A DNA stretch of 62,870 nucleotides, taken from positions 1 through 62,870 of IMG/VR virus record IMGVR_UViG_3300041991_000007; one strand, given 5' to 3'. This stretch comes from a virus. Its lineage: Duplodnaviria > Caudoviricetes. Position numbers and translations under genes: made by a program. Each line of letters opens with the position of its first letter. Position 1 is the stretch's first letter. The notes beneath the pieces are model-generated. The model had not been told where the DNA came from. It made no database searches and saw only the letters and a list, made by a program, of their open reading frames with translations. Shown here piece by piece: positions 1-9,324 of the stretch.

Positions 1-2220
1 GCCCGCGTCGATCTTGGACTTATTCTCGTCGTGAGACTTATCCACATGAAGTTCAAACACACGCATCGCTTCTGCTGTATAGCCTCTACGTGCATTAGCT
101 AGTTTGTCGTACAAACTTACATTACTGGTACTGCAAATAATAGTGTCCCAATAAATATCGTTTGCACGATTCTGTCCATCACGGGTCGCTCGCATTTTAC
201 CGCGTCCACCTGTGAAGGCCAGAACAAATGTGCTAAGCCTATCTCCATCCATTTTGGTAACTTCGTCAAAAGCGATAGGAATATTGCTGAGATAACCAAT
301 AAAGTTAAATATAGCATTATCTGTATCCTCTGTCCGTAGTTGGTTGGGATTCGGCTTACCCCAAACACTCGTCATCACTTGTAGGGCTGTGGACTTACCT
401 GCCGCACTATCTCCTACAATGTTATACATAACTCCGCTGTAACCTGTGAGCGGCATCAAGGGTGCCGCGAATCCTAGCATTATGGCTAGTATGTATGGGT
501 CTGAGCCTTCGATGGTGCGGTACATATCGAACCCGCGTTTCCATGCTGATAGGCTTCCTGCTACCGATGCGCTGGGCGCTGCATCCCGTAAATGTGGCGA
601 GATTCCGCTATTAGTGATAGCCCCATTATTACTCATGTAGCCATCACTTAATACGAATTTAGGATCGGCGCTGTAAATATCGCGCCAACCAAATCGTGAA
701 AACTCGACTTCGGCAGCATTCTCCATCTGTAGATACCTTACATAGTCCACTAGGTACTTAGTCATAGCCGGGGCTTTGCTAAACTCCGAGACTACGCCCT
801 TATCGGATAGGAATTGAGTTAGCTTCTTACCATCGGCTAGGTGCCCTGTAGGTAGTCGAAACTTCTTTAGTCCATCTTTAGGTAGCCAAAGATGAATTTC
901 CATCGCTTCTGATTCTGTAGATTCTGTACGTAGACGCTTAGTCGGATACATATCGTAGTCATATACACGATCAATTACATCATCAAACCCTTCGTCCGTC
1001 TTAACCTTCTTACGTACAAACACGCCACCATTCTCACCACGGAAATATGGCTTGGGCGGTAACGGTATTACAACTGTCTCTATAGTCTGATTACCGCCTT
1101 CGTCTACTACGGTAGTCTCGACTGTTTTAGCTTCTGTTGCTGGGGCTTCAATTCGCGCTACTTGTAGCGGCGTCTTAATAATGTTTAGGAACGGACACCC
1201 TTGGCAACGCTTGGCATCCACTGATTGAAACTTAGCGCATGTAGTCGGGCCGCTTTGTGCCCCTATAACCTGCATGTACTTTAGATATGTACGTTCACCA
1301 TCATAATCGGGATGGCCCTTAGATAGCATATGCGCAATCTTTTCGCGCTCTACTAGCTTACCATCTTTGGTCTTATACTCCATATACTGCGCAAGTCCGA
1401 GCATGGCGTACCATTCTGGTTCCGCTGCCGTGGCTTGGTGTAGCATATAATCTTTAACCCAATTACACTTTTTAATTACTTGGGTTAGGTCTGTAGCGCC
1501 GTAGTCTATAAAAGTAGTACCTAGGTCTACAGTCTTTTTACCACCTTCTTCACCGGGCGCAATGCGATCAAGCATTAAGCGTAAGGCTGCAAAGTCCACA
1601 AACTCTTCGTTAGTCTGTATTACTTCTACAGGTGTAGGCGGATTACTCTTAAGATTAAAGCTATTCGGTATACGTAATACACCGGCGCTATCTGCTACGC
1701 GGGAGCCATCGGCTACCAGCATAGGCGCGATTAGTTCAATCGCCTTCTTTAGTTTGCGTGCTGACTTTACCCATACTTCCGACTCGATACCATCTGCCAT
1801 TGGCCAATAAACGTGAAGCCCGAAACCACTATTAACTATCGTGGGTTGCGGTAGACTGAGGGCTTCGCACACATCTTGCACGCCTTGCAGCGCACTATCT
1901 ATGTCTGCGTAGAAACCTTCCTTCTCTGGTCGAATATCTACATCCAGTACAAAGCATCGTGTGTATAGCATATTCTGCTGGACACGGATGCGATCTTTAC
2001 CCTTTACCTCTATGCTAGAATTACGTAGCGTAGAAATGCAGAAGTAATAATTGTATTGTGTAAAATCTACTCGATCAAGTGCCTCGCAGAATTGGTCTAC
2101 GGAATCAAATACCTTATGGCGAAAGTAAGGCTTACCTGATGCGTGTGGTACTAACCACGCAAGGCACGGCTTACCTTGGCTCGCTAGAATGGAGCCGAAG
2201 AACTCCCGTTGTGATTGCAC
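1..2220 (-). CDS. AEP/RepB-type primase fused to DUF927-like helicase, N-terminal part (continues across the window junction)
   Basis: Not in the ORF track because it runs off the edge. Hand translation from GTG at 2220 gives MQSQREFF..., with primase motifs FVLDVD and NSGFGLHVYW, Cys cluster GPTTC..CQGC and Walker A VGDSAAGKST (~388-417). Frame spot-checked, not read codon by codon. Confidence 0.88.
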   Translation of the reverse strand, partial: MQSQREFFGSILASQGKPCLAWLVPHASGKPYFRHKVFDSVDQFCEALDRVDFTQYNYYFCISTLRNSSIEVKGKDRIRVQQNMLYTRCFVLDVDIRPEKEGFYADIDSALQGVQDVCEALSLPQPTIVNSGFGLHVYWPMADGIESEVWVKSARKLKKAIELIAPMLVADGSRVADSAGVLRIPNSFNLKSNPPTPVEVIQTNEEFVDFAALRLMLDRIAPGEEGGKKTVDLGTTFIDYGATDLTQVIKKCNWVKDYMLHQATAAEPEWYAMLGLAQYMEYKTKDGKLVEREKIAHMLSKGHPDYDGERTYLKYMQVIGAQSGPTTCAKFQSVDAKRCQGCPFLNIIKTPLQVARIEAPATEAKTVETTVVDEGGNQTIETVVIPLPPKPYFRGENGGVFVRKKVKTDEGFDDVIDRVYDYDMYPTKRLRTESTESEAMEIHLWLPKDGLKKFRLPTGHLADGKKLTQFLSDKGVVSEFSKAPAMTKYLVDYVRYLQMENAAEVEFSRFGWRDIYSADPKFVLSDGYMSNNGAITNSGISPHLRDAAPSASVAGSLSAWKRGFDMYRTIEGSDPYILAIMLGFAAPLMPLTGYSGVMYNIVGDSAAGKSTALQVMTSVWGKPNPNQLRTEDTDNAIFNFIGYLSNIPIAFDEVTKMDGDRLSTFVLAFTGGRGKMRATRDGQNRANDIYWDTIICSTSNVSLYDKLANARRGYTAEAMRVFELHVDKSHDENKSKIDAG

Positions 2221-2228
2221 AGGTGCCC

Positions 2229-2510
2229 CTACGAATTATGTTCGCTGACAAGCTGAGACAGCTTCTCCTGCTTAGTCTCTTGCGAAAGACTTACAGGCAG
2301 CGGTAGCTTACTCTCGGCTACGAGTTTGTTAATCACGGCTAGCGCGCGATCTAACGATTCACTAATGGCGGGGAGCGGCTTAGCCAACTCCCCTTTCTTT
2401 GTGATTAAATAGATCGTAGTGTAATGAACATTCGCGATAGCCGCTAGATTCCGGGCAGTTAACCCGGAACGCTTAAGTGTATCCTTAATTCTAGTGGCTA
2501 TATGTTCCAT
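2229..2510 (-). CDS. Cro/XRE-like helix-turn-helix protein
   Basis: LKRSGLTARNLAAIANVHYTTIY resembles an HTH; lies directly upstream of the primase. Confidence 0.6.
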   Translation of the reverse strand: MEHIATRIKDTLKRSGLTARNLAAIANVHYTTIYLITKKGELAKPLPAISESLDRALAVINKLVAESKLPLPVSLSQETKQEKLSQLVSEHNS

Positions 2511-3634
2511 TACTCAAGACCCGCTAGCAAATCTGCTAACTCGTCGTCAGTGCCGACTTCTTGTACAACGGGGGCTTCTGCCTGCTTAGTAGCCGCACGC
2601 TGCGGCGTAGGCACACTACTCTGTACAACAGGCTTCTGTGTTGCAGGACGCTGTGTAGTCGTGGCCGGTCGCTGTGTAGTCGTGGCCGGTCGCTGCGTCT
2701 GCTGTGCCGGGGCGGCACGCTGGGCGGTCTGCGCCGCTTGCTGGGGCCGTTGCGCCGCTGCGGGGCGCTGTGCCTGCTGTGTGGCCGGGGCGGGGCGCTG
2801 TGCAGCCTGCTGGGGCCGTTGCGTCTGCACCGGGGCTTCACTGGCTGCGGGGATTTCTTCGTCTGGTGCATCACCGCTTGTGGGTTCTTCATGCGACGAA
2901 TCAAGCGTAGCCATCGAAACTTGCTTGAGATTAATTACTTCGTCACTCTGCACAAGGTCAGATACCACGCCGACTTCTTCTTCGGAAATATAACGCACCG
3001 CCTTAAACAGAAGCTTCGGCACACTGGCATCAGTATCGAAACTAATGCGTGTAACAACAGCACCAGCGTCAACCCCGCGAGTTGAGATCATCTTAACGTA
3101 GTCGTTAAAGTTCTTCTCGTTAACCGAGCTTTCGCCAAATAGACCCTGCGATTTAACATCAAGCTTGAAAACTGTACGTTGGTCGATATCGCCTGCCAAC
3201 ATAACCACCACACGGCGGAAGTAGGCGCAAGCCTTAAACTGCTGGCCGTCTACAATCTTACTGCCCTTAGCATTCTGCTTGCAGGTCATGCACTTATCGG
3301 CCTGCTTAACCTTCACATCGTCGGAAGGTGTAACACCATCTGCACTGTAGCATGTGGGCGGTGCGTTCTCGCCCTGCTTATACGCACCTTCGTAGTACAC
3401 TCGGCTAATTGCCGGGGCTGCACCTAGGATGATAACATCCAAGTATGGCTCTTGGATTACGCCTTCCTCAACTCCGCTGACTACAAGCCGGAAACGTGAA
3501 CCTTTCAGGCCAATACGGTTGCCTCCCGTATACATACCTTCAAGTAGGTTTGTGGTAACACCAAAGTTAGTACCAGCCAAATGGGCTGGTAGCTGCATTG
3601 GGCCATCACCTTGAATTAACAGATCGTTTGACAT
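2510..3634 (-). CDS. Putative ssDNA-binding/recombination protein with Gln/Ala/Pro repeat linker and acidic tail
   Basis: Sits in the replication module; Cys-containing core, QRPA repeats, acidic C-terminus DDELADLLAGLE. Confidence 0.5.
   Translation of the reverse strand: MSNDLLIQGDGPMQLPAHLAGTNFGVTTNLLEGMYTGGNRIGLKGSRFRLVVSGVEEGVIQEPYLDVIILGAAPAISRVYYEGAYKQGENAPPTCYSADGVTPSDDVKVKQADKCMTCKQNAKGSKIVDGQQFKACAYFRRVVVMLAGDIDQRTVFKLDVKSQGLFGESSVNEKNFNDYVKMISTRGVDAGAVVTRISFDTDASVPKLLFKAVRYISEEEVGVVSDLVQSDEVINLKQVSMATLDSSHEEPTSGDAPDEEIPAASEAPVQTQRPQQAAQRPAPATQQAQRPAAAQRPQQAAQTAQRAAPAQQTQRPATTTQRPATTTQRPATQKPVVQSSVPTPQRAATKQAEAPVVQEVGTDDELADLLAGLE
2649..2830. repeat. Coding tandem repeats (QRPATTT / QRPAA-type units)
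   Basis: The 21-mer cgctgtgtagtcgtggccggt is tandemly duplicated from 2649, with degenerate copies following. Confidence 0.8.
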
Positions 3635-3646
3635 TACATTAACCTC

Positions 3647-4036
3647 TTATGACTTACGGATTATGACACGAAGTTCTGGGTTGACATTAATACCCGGCGG
3701 CATTTCGCCAGACTCTTGGTAGTATTCCTGAATCGTCTTAACCGATACACGCTTCTCCATCATATCGAATCGGCCATTCTCTGCCAGCCAATTCCAGAAA
3801 CTCGGCCAATCAGAACAGTTACCCTTAAACACTGTCTGCTGATAAGCCGTACCATGCGCAGAGCCAAGCTGTGTCGCGCCTGTATTCTGCATTTGTGTCA
3901 TTAGCCAAGTCTCTAGCTTTTCCATCTGTCCTTTGAGTACGGTGTCTTCCTCGTCGTATGCCTTTTTAAGCATACTGCGCTTGTCACGTAGCTTTATATA
4001 GGCTTGGACAACCGTGTCTACATTAACCTGGGCCAC
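3647..4036 (-). CDS. Conserved phage replication-module coiled-coil protein
   Basis: 129-aa ORF with AAGGAG RBS and its own upstream promoter. Confidence 0.7.
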   Translation of the reverse strand: MAQVNVDTVVQAYIKLRDKRSMLKKAYDEEDTVLKGQMEKLETWLMTQMQNTGATQLGSAHGTAYQQTVFKGNCSDWPSFWNWLAENGRFDMMEKRVSVKTIQEYYQESGEMPPGINVNPELRVIIRKS

Positions 4037-4075
4037 GATATATCTCCTTTCGATTTATTTGTTTGGGGTTGAAGA

Positions 4076-4104
4076 TTCTACAGGGTTTCTCTCGACTATG
4101 CAAG
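4076..4104 (-). promoter_or_regulatory. sigma70-like promoter TTGCAT-17-TAGAAT
   Basis: Minus strand reads TTGCAT AGTCGAGAGAAACCCTG TAGAAT, upstream of the 4036 gene. Confidence 0.7.
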
Positions 4105-5640
4105 CGCTCCCCCATATAGCTCCATAACACGGGATTGCAGACTCTCTTTAGCTTGTAGCAAAGTATAAATAGCTAACTCAACAGGATGGCACCATATGTT
4201 ATAGATGCTCATAGCTAGCTTCTGGCCAGTACGATCTATGCGAGCATTTGCCTGACTATACTGTAGTACACTAAAGGTTGGCGCGTACCATATGATCGTA
4301 TTAGCTGCTGTAAGTGTTAGACCGTGCGCTGCAACTTTCGGGTGCGCGATCAATACTCTAAGTTTATCGTCTGTCTGAAACCTCTTAAAGATTTCATCAC
4401 GTTCGTTCTTACCTACTTCTCCATTGACTAAGGCTACCTCATACTTTTGACTAAGATGATTTTTGAGTAGATGCATGGAATTGATAAATGGCACAAAAAT
4501 AATTACCTTTGCTTCTGCGCTAGCTACTAATTCATCTACTACTTCTAGCCTATTTTTAGGGTCTAAGAACACAGGATCACCGTTTGAATCTTTCACCACA
4601 CCACACATAATCTGTTGTAGCTTACCTAACTTAACGGCGGCGTTGACTGCTTTAATCTCGTAACCTTCTTCTCTATCCTCATGTTTCATGGCCGTCTTTA
4701 CGTTGTCGAATACCTCTTGTTGACTCTCCGACATAACGCATTTTCTAGAGCTAAAGGTCACTGGCGGTAAGTCTAGGCAGTCCTTCTTTGTAAACCTAAT
4801 AGCTGGCTGCATCAACTCATATACACGCTCTACAGCGCCGGGTCTAGCTATCCATTTATACGGGCCATTCTTCCGCATCAATGTTTCTTGGAATAACTTG
4901 AACGAAGCTGGTATTGCCGATGGACTTACTAGCTTAATAATACCGTAAGCATCTGTAGGGGCATTAGCTACGGGAGTACCAGTTAGTAACCACAGACGGG
5001 TATCCGGGCGCAGTATGCCTTGCAAAGCTTTATATCGTTTAGTCTGCGCATTACAGTATGCATCAGCTTCGTCTACAATAATTAAGTCTGGTTTCCACTT
5101 AGCTATTTCTTTCTCTATAGAAACCACACCATCGTAGTTAATAACACATATATCTGAACCAGAATTAAGTAGGCTTATTCTGCGTTCTTTCTTACCTACT
5201 AACTGCGTGGTAGACCATTGTGGAACTACGCCAAAAGATTCGTTAACCCAAACATCCATTACTGACAGAGGGGCAATTATCAGTATTCGTTTTATATGTC
5301 CGCGCTGCTTTAGATAATCCATAGTCCATAGCGCTGCGGCTGTCTTGCCCGTACCCATAGTATTGAATACGAATGCCCTTCGATTTAGAGTAAGAAACTC
5401 TGCCGTTTTGATCTGGTGATCCATCGGCTTGTATCGCCCACCGAATAGAAAACCGTCATACAGTATTGGGCTGGGCGCATTAAGACCTAAATTACGCAAT
5501 ACTCGCACACTATCCAGTGTATGCTTAAGCACTACTATATTACGATTCTTATACCTAATCTCTTTGGCTGTCGGGATAGGTACAGTAATAGATGCTGGAT
5601 TATCTACCGACAATAAAAGTGCGCCATTTTTAACTAGCAT
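4096..5640 (-). CDS. SNF2-family (SF2) helicase
   Basis: MGTGKT Walker A, IIVDEAD, LTGTP, HGLTLT and QANARIDR motifs. Confidence 0.92.
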   Translation of the reverse strand: MLVKNGALLLSVDNPASITVPIPTAKEIRYKNRNIVVLKHTLDSVRVLRNLGLNAPSPILYDGFLFGGRYKPMDHQIKTAEFLTLNRRAFVFNTMGTGKTAAALWTMDYLKQRGHIKRILIIAPLSVMDVWVNESFGVVPQWSTTQLVGKKERRISLLNSGSDICVINYDGVVSIEKEIAKWKPDLIIVDEADAYCNAQTKRYKALQGILRPDTRLWLLTGTPVANAPTDAYGIIKLVSPSAIPASFKLFQETLMRKNGPYKWIARPGAVERVYELMQPAIRFTKKDCLDLPPVTFSSRKCVMSESQQEVFDNVKTAMKHEDREEGYEIKAVNAAVKLGKLQQIMCGVVKDSNGDPVFLDPKNRLEVVDELVASAEAKVIIFVPFINSMHLLKNHLSQKYEVALVNGEVGKNERDEIFKRFQTDDKLRVLIAHPKVAAHGLTLTAANTIIWYAPTFSVLQYSQANARIDRTGQKLAMSIYNIWCHPVELAIYTLLQAKESLQSRVMELYGGALA

Positions 5641-6025
5641 GTTTTATTCTTGGTGGCTTATAGGATCGGAAGTCATGGTTAAGGTGGTAGGGAAGTTCGC
5701 CATAGGTATCAATGTAGCAAGCTACAGTCCCTACCTGTAAGTAATTAAACTCATTAATTACTAGACATATACCACCCGCAGATTGTATATCTTCTGCGTA
5801 GCTTATCTGTAGATCACTAGGCTTATTTTTGCCCGCCTTAGTTTCTACTGTCCAGAATTGCCCGCGCTGACATACCAGAAAATCATGTCTACCAGCACTA
5901 CCATACATGGCTGCTGGCGGCATATCTACCTTGATACGTTTGTATGGTTTCAGTATATCCTTTACTCTATCTTTTACCCACTCTTCCTTGATCTTATCAA
6001 TCCCCGGTCGTAGCGCTCGCCCCAT
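5630..6025 (-). CDS. VRR-NUC nuclease / Holliday junction resolvase-like
   Basis: G..D...C.RG.F..VETKA..KPSDLQ pattern. Confidence 0.8.
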   Translation of the reverse strand: MGRALRPGIDKIKEEWVKDRVKDILKPYKRIKVDMPPAAMYGSAGRHDFLVCQRGQFWTVETKAGKNKPSDLQISYAEDIQSAGGICLVINEFNYLQVGTVACYIDTYGELPYHLNHDFRSYKPPRIKHAS

Positions 6026-6197
6026 CAGGTACTCCGAATACTTTAAAACCTACGCTCTGTTTAATCTTACCAGCACTATTGACTACGTAGGCTCTACCTA
6101 TTTTCGGGTCTACTTCTATGCGGTCTGTTTTATAGACTAGAAGTGGCTCAATAAATTCTATCCTAGCTACTTCGGCTCTTTGCACATTATGGAACAT
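5997..6197 (-). CDS. Hypothetical protein
   Basis: Fills the gap, with a TAATG overlap to the upstream exonuclease; ATG at 6197 chosen. Confidence 0.5.
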   Translation of the reverse strand: MFHNVQRAEVARIEFIEPLLVYKTDRIEVDPKIGRAYVVNSAGKIKQSVGFKVFGVPDGASATTGD

Positions 6198-6886
6198 TAC
6201 TTGTTTCTCCCATTGTGCGGGCAAGTCACACATGGACAACCTGCAAAACCTGTACGCGGATTAGGGCGGCATAGTCCAGACGGCTTAGCAGGCCATACAT
6301 CTTCTGACATACTCCATAGCATATCTTCTACACCGGGCATAAACTGTTCTAGTAGTGCTGGCGCTCTATCCCGATGGTACTTGGCTATGGTCGGCTTAGA
6401 TGGATTCTGGAACCATACAAAGCAGGTGGACAGTTCTTCTATGGTAGGAAACTTAGCGAACGTCAGCACAGCCATCAGGTCTAGCTGTAAACTATTAGGC
6501 TTAATCTTACCAGTCTTCCAGTCGAACGCTGCTGCTTTTGAACCGTTTATCTTTACTAGGTCGCCTTTACCGCGTACCCATGTAGTCTTATCCCAAAAGC
6601 CTGTAGGACGTAACTGTTCATCGCAAGCTAGTTCCATTTCCGCGAAGTTTTCACCCGGCGCATCTAATATGCGTTGCACCACGGGTTCCATATGCTTCAT
6701 GGTTTTTGGTACGGGCTTACCTTCTTTGACCTTATCCTCTAAGGCTTTGTGGACTTCTTCGCCCCATATAATCTGAGTAGACTTAGGTTCTACGATGGTC
6801 TTAGCAAAACGTAGTTCGTAGAATTGTCTCGGGCACGTTTGGTATGCACTCCAACTACTAAACGACCACGGAAGTATACGTGCCAT
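6197..6886 (-). CDS. PD-(D/E)XK Cas4-like exonuclease
   Basis: WSFS..YQTCP, GKGDL..FDWKTGK motifs and a C-terminal Cys cluster (C..CPCVTC). Confidence 0.85.
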   Translation of the reverse strand: MARILPWSFSSWSAYQTCPRQFYELRFAKTIVEPKSTQIIWGEEVHKALEDKVKEGKPVPKTMKHMEPVVQRILDAPGENFAEMELACDEQLRPTGFWDKTTWVRGKGDLVKINGSKAAAFDWKTGKIKPNSLQLDLMAVLTFAKFPTIEELSTCFVWFQNPSKPTIAKYHRDRAPALLEQFMPGVEDMLWSMSEDVWPAKPSGLCRPNPRTGFAGCPCVTCPHNGRNK

Positions 6887-6895
6887 TCTTATCTC

Positions 6896-7321
6896 CTAGA
6901 ACTTCTTGCCGCCTGCTGCTTCGCGGGCTTCGGGTTTATGGTCAGCGCGAGACTGATTATACACCAGTTTCTCTAGAATAGCACCAGAAATATCTAGATT
7001 TAATGCGCCGCCTAAGTCCAGCACCCGGATAATTAAGTCAGCTAACTCTACCTCGACCGCTTTTCTATGCGGCAAATGGTCATCATGCTTATCCTTACGG
7101 AAACCTTCCAGTGCTTCGCTAGCCTCAGAATGGATAAGCGCAATTTTCGTAGCGAAGGTTTCGGGATTAGAGGCTGGAACTTTATGCCATCCTGATTTAA
7201 CCGATAGGCCGTAGCACATACTCTGGAGATTATTAATACCGTGGTATGCTCGGTTAACCATATCTCTCGGGAATGCTAGATTAGACAAAGCGTCCCCCGC
7301 TTTTTGCACAGAAGTATTCAT
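6896..7321 (-). CDS. MazG-like nucleotide pyrophosphohydrolase
   Basis: HSEASEALE...EVELADLIIR acidic-helix motif. Confidence 0.85.
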   Translation of the reverse strand: MNTSVQKAGDALSNLAFPRDMVNRAYHGINNLQSMCYGLSVKSGWHKVPASNPETFATKIALIHSEASEALEGFRKDKHDDHLPHRKAVEVELADLIIRVLDLGGALNLDISGAILEKLVYNQSRADHKPEAREAAGGKKF

Positions 7322-7479
7322 CAAGCCACCATTTCAGGTACACGGATTATTTGGCCGACTTGTATATAGTCGGGATTAGTTATTTCTGGATTAGCGAATA
7401 GTATCGCCTTGAATGGGATGGAGAATTTTTCCGCAAGCTCGCTGAGTGTATCTCCTGCTTGTACTTGATAAAGTTTCAT
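7321..7479 (-). CDS. Stand-alone LysM-domain micro-protein (52 aa)
   Basis: Hand translation MKLYQVQAGDTLSELAEKFSIPFKAILFANPEITNPDYIQVGQIIRVPEMVA matches the LysM consensus; AAGGAG RBS and coupled start/stop overlaps at both ends. Confidence 0.85.
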   Translation of the reverse strand: MKLYQVQAGDTLSELAEKFSIPFKAILFANPEITNPDYIQVGQIIRVPEMVA

Positions 7480-7640
7480 TATTCGCTCCTTGATACTGTA
7501 GCATGCTCTAGTTCTAAAGACTCGTCTAATTTTAGACGCGTAATATCGTTAATGCGCTTACCTAACTTAAATAGCGCTACATCTAATGTCTGCGCCATAG
7601 CTTCTTCGTCTTCTGCCTTCACTGTAATATTAATTTCCAT
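7479..7640 (-). CDS. Hypothetical protein (53 aa)
   Basis: Hand-translated MEINITVKAEDEEAMAQ...; overlaps both neighbours. Confidence 0.6.
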   Translation of the reverse strand: MEINITVKAEDEEAMAQTLDVALFKLGKRINDITRLKLDESLELEHATVSRSE

Positions 7641-7908
7641 CCAACTTCTCCGTCTCTTCTTTCGTAAAATCCACGCACAAAGTAGCGTGAAACTTCTCTA
7701 GTTCGCTGATATCGAACACGCCAGTCTCTTCTGCCTTTCTGGCCATATCTACTAGCTTATTCATAAGCTTGGAAGATGCCCATGACGCGCCTGACATAAA
7801 ACTCTGTACATCTGCTCCAGTCTTGCTGGGCATCATACCGCGATACATATGGAACGCATCGACCCTATTTTCAGGGATGCTATGGTGCATTACGCTTAAT
7901 AGTGGCAT
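7630..7908 (-). CDS. Hypothetical protein
   Basis: 92-aa ORF translationally coupled to the ligase. Confidence 0.65.
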   Translation of the reverse strand: MPLLSVMHHSIPENRVDAFHMYRGMMPSKTGADVQSFMSGASWASSKLMNKLVDMARKAEETGVFDISELEKFHATLCVDFTKEETEKLDGN

Positions 7909-8807
7909 TATACGTCTCTCCTATCTCTGAATCCCAAGAATATGGGATGCCTCGGTTTGTCTACTACACCTACTGGAAAATGTTTATACTTACACAGCTT
8001 GCCTTTTAGATAGTTAGGATTCTTTAGCCACGCTTCCCAAAGGTTTTTCCTTTGCTCAAACGTATATCCCGTACCCAAGTCAAACTCCACTCCACTGTAA
8101 ATATCACGTACATTAAAACCACCAAGTATACCGGCAGCTTCTTTATTTGCAGCGTGGGTAGATCGTTTTGTGTATCCTCGCACATCCGTAGTGGCCTCAT
8201 TATTGTTATGCATTAACTCGTAGGCTCCAACGATTTCTGCTTCACTATCTAGAAACCGTTTAACCTTAAGCATCAAACCTTCTTTGAGTGTACTACGATT
8301 CTGCTTATACGGCCCACTCGGCGCTCTAAGAATGACGCCTTCATAGCCTTCTTGTACTCTAGCGTCTTCGTATGCGTATAGTTCTTCGACAGTACGAATT
8401 AGAGTTTGCGGAAGCCATACTATATTTTCTAGCCCTGCTTCCTGTATGCTTTCTTTAGCAGCCCTAGCTCTATGCATATAGGGCTTATCTATGTCCCAGC
8501 GATCAAACACGTACCACGTAACATCTGGCTCACCGTCCCTAGTCATTACACCAGACATAGTAGTCTGCATGCAGTTAGGGTGATTAGGTTCGCCTACTAT
8601 TAATTCACCATCGAACCCGTGCCAGCATAAAGTTTTGTATTGTTCTTGCGTATACCTATTGGGTATCGCCGTCATAGTGCGCGAGACAAGTACGCCAGAT
8701 TTATTAGTAGCCCGCACTCCATCGAGCTTAGGTGAAGCTAATAAAGGATATGCTAGATTCTCAAACTCTTTCGCCTTTATGGCGAGCATTACCTTTTTTA
8801 TCTCCAT
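7908..8807 (-). CDS. ATP-dependent DNA ligase
   Basis: SPKLDGVR adenylation motif, DGEL, EGYEGVILR, LKVKRF. Confidence 0.93.
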   Translation of the reverse strand: MEIKKVMLAIKAKEFENLAYPLLASPKLDGVRATNKSGVLVSRTMTAIPNRYTQEQYKTLCWHGFDGELIVGEPNHPNCMQTTMSGVMTRDGEPDVTWYVFDRWDIDKPYMHRARAAKESIQEAGLENIVWLPQTLIRTVEELYAYEDARVQEGYEGVILRAPSGPYKQNRSTLKEGLMLKVKRFLDSEAEIVGAYELMHNNNEATTDVRGYTKRSTHAANKEAAGILGGFNVRDIYSGVEFDLGTGYTFEQRKNLWEAWLKNPNYLKGKLCKYKHFPVGVVDKPRHPIFLGFRDRRDV

Positions 8808-9051
8808 GCCCTGCTCCCGCTAAATCTGTTAGTAGTCGAGTTGCTACCACGGCAAGATTGCCGTCTAGAAAACTCTGCCCAAATGCTGCTGATTTATTTC
8901 CTAGTGTGAACTCGAATGCTAGGCAATCATTACGCAATGGCATCCTCATTACACCTACATTACTTTTGAGTCTAGCCCCTACAGCGTATGCTACTTTGTG
9001 GGCATTCCTTGTCAGTAGCGCTGCATCAGATGGCTGTGCAGTATTATCCAT
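8761..9051 (-). CDS. Hypothetical protein
   Basis: 96-aa ORF in the co-directional gene string. Confidence 0.55.
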   Translation of the reverse strand: MDNTAQPSDAALLTRNAHKVAYAVGARLKSNVGVMRMPLRNDCLAFEFTLGNKSAAFGQSFLDGNLAVVATRLLTDLAGAGHGDKKGNARHKGERV

Positions 9052-9323
9052 TATACTTGGCCAAAGTGTGCGCGGAAGTCCTTTAGAATGGTCTTGCCTT
9101 TTTCCTGTAGTGTTTCCGGGGTAGCATTAGCAAAATATTCATCGCTATAGGACGTGGTAATTTCTTGGTTATATGATCCACCATCGGGGCGCAAAGCAAT
9201 CTCGATATAACCTGCCTCGCCTAAATCTGTGCGCCGTACATACAGTGTATGCTTCGGAAACTTTTTAACTACCGCTTCGCCAATCTTCTGCGCTACTTTT
9301 AGCGCCTTTGCTACATCTGCCAT
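9051..9323 (-). CDS. Hypothetical protein
   Basis: 90-aa ORF with GGAGG RBS. Confidence 0.65.
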   Translation of the reverse strand: MADVAKALKVAQKIGEAVVKKFPKHTLYVRRTDLGEAGYIEIALRPDGGSYNQEITTSYSDEYFANATPETLQEKGKTILKDFRAHFGQV

Positions 9324-9324
9324 A

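Noticed and set aside
38-46. Perfect DnaA box TTATCCACA
   Set aside because: Single copy inside the primase-helicase coding sequence; likely chance.
2229-2510. Lysogeny repressor implying a temperate phage
   Set aside because: No integrase, partition genes or divergent cI/cro switch; the HTH lies within the replication operon.
2502-3085. Cys/Arg-rich plus-strand ORFs, and similar antisense ORFs elsewhere (e.g. 6180-6776, 23096-23584, 31142-31690, 55353-55880)
   Set aside because: Shadow frames of well-supported opposite-strand genes or repeats; they contradict the two-arm organisation.
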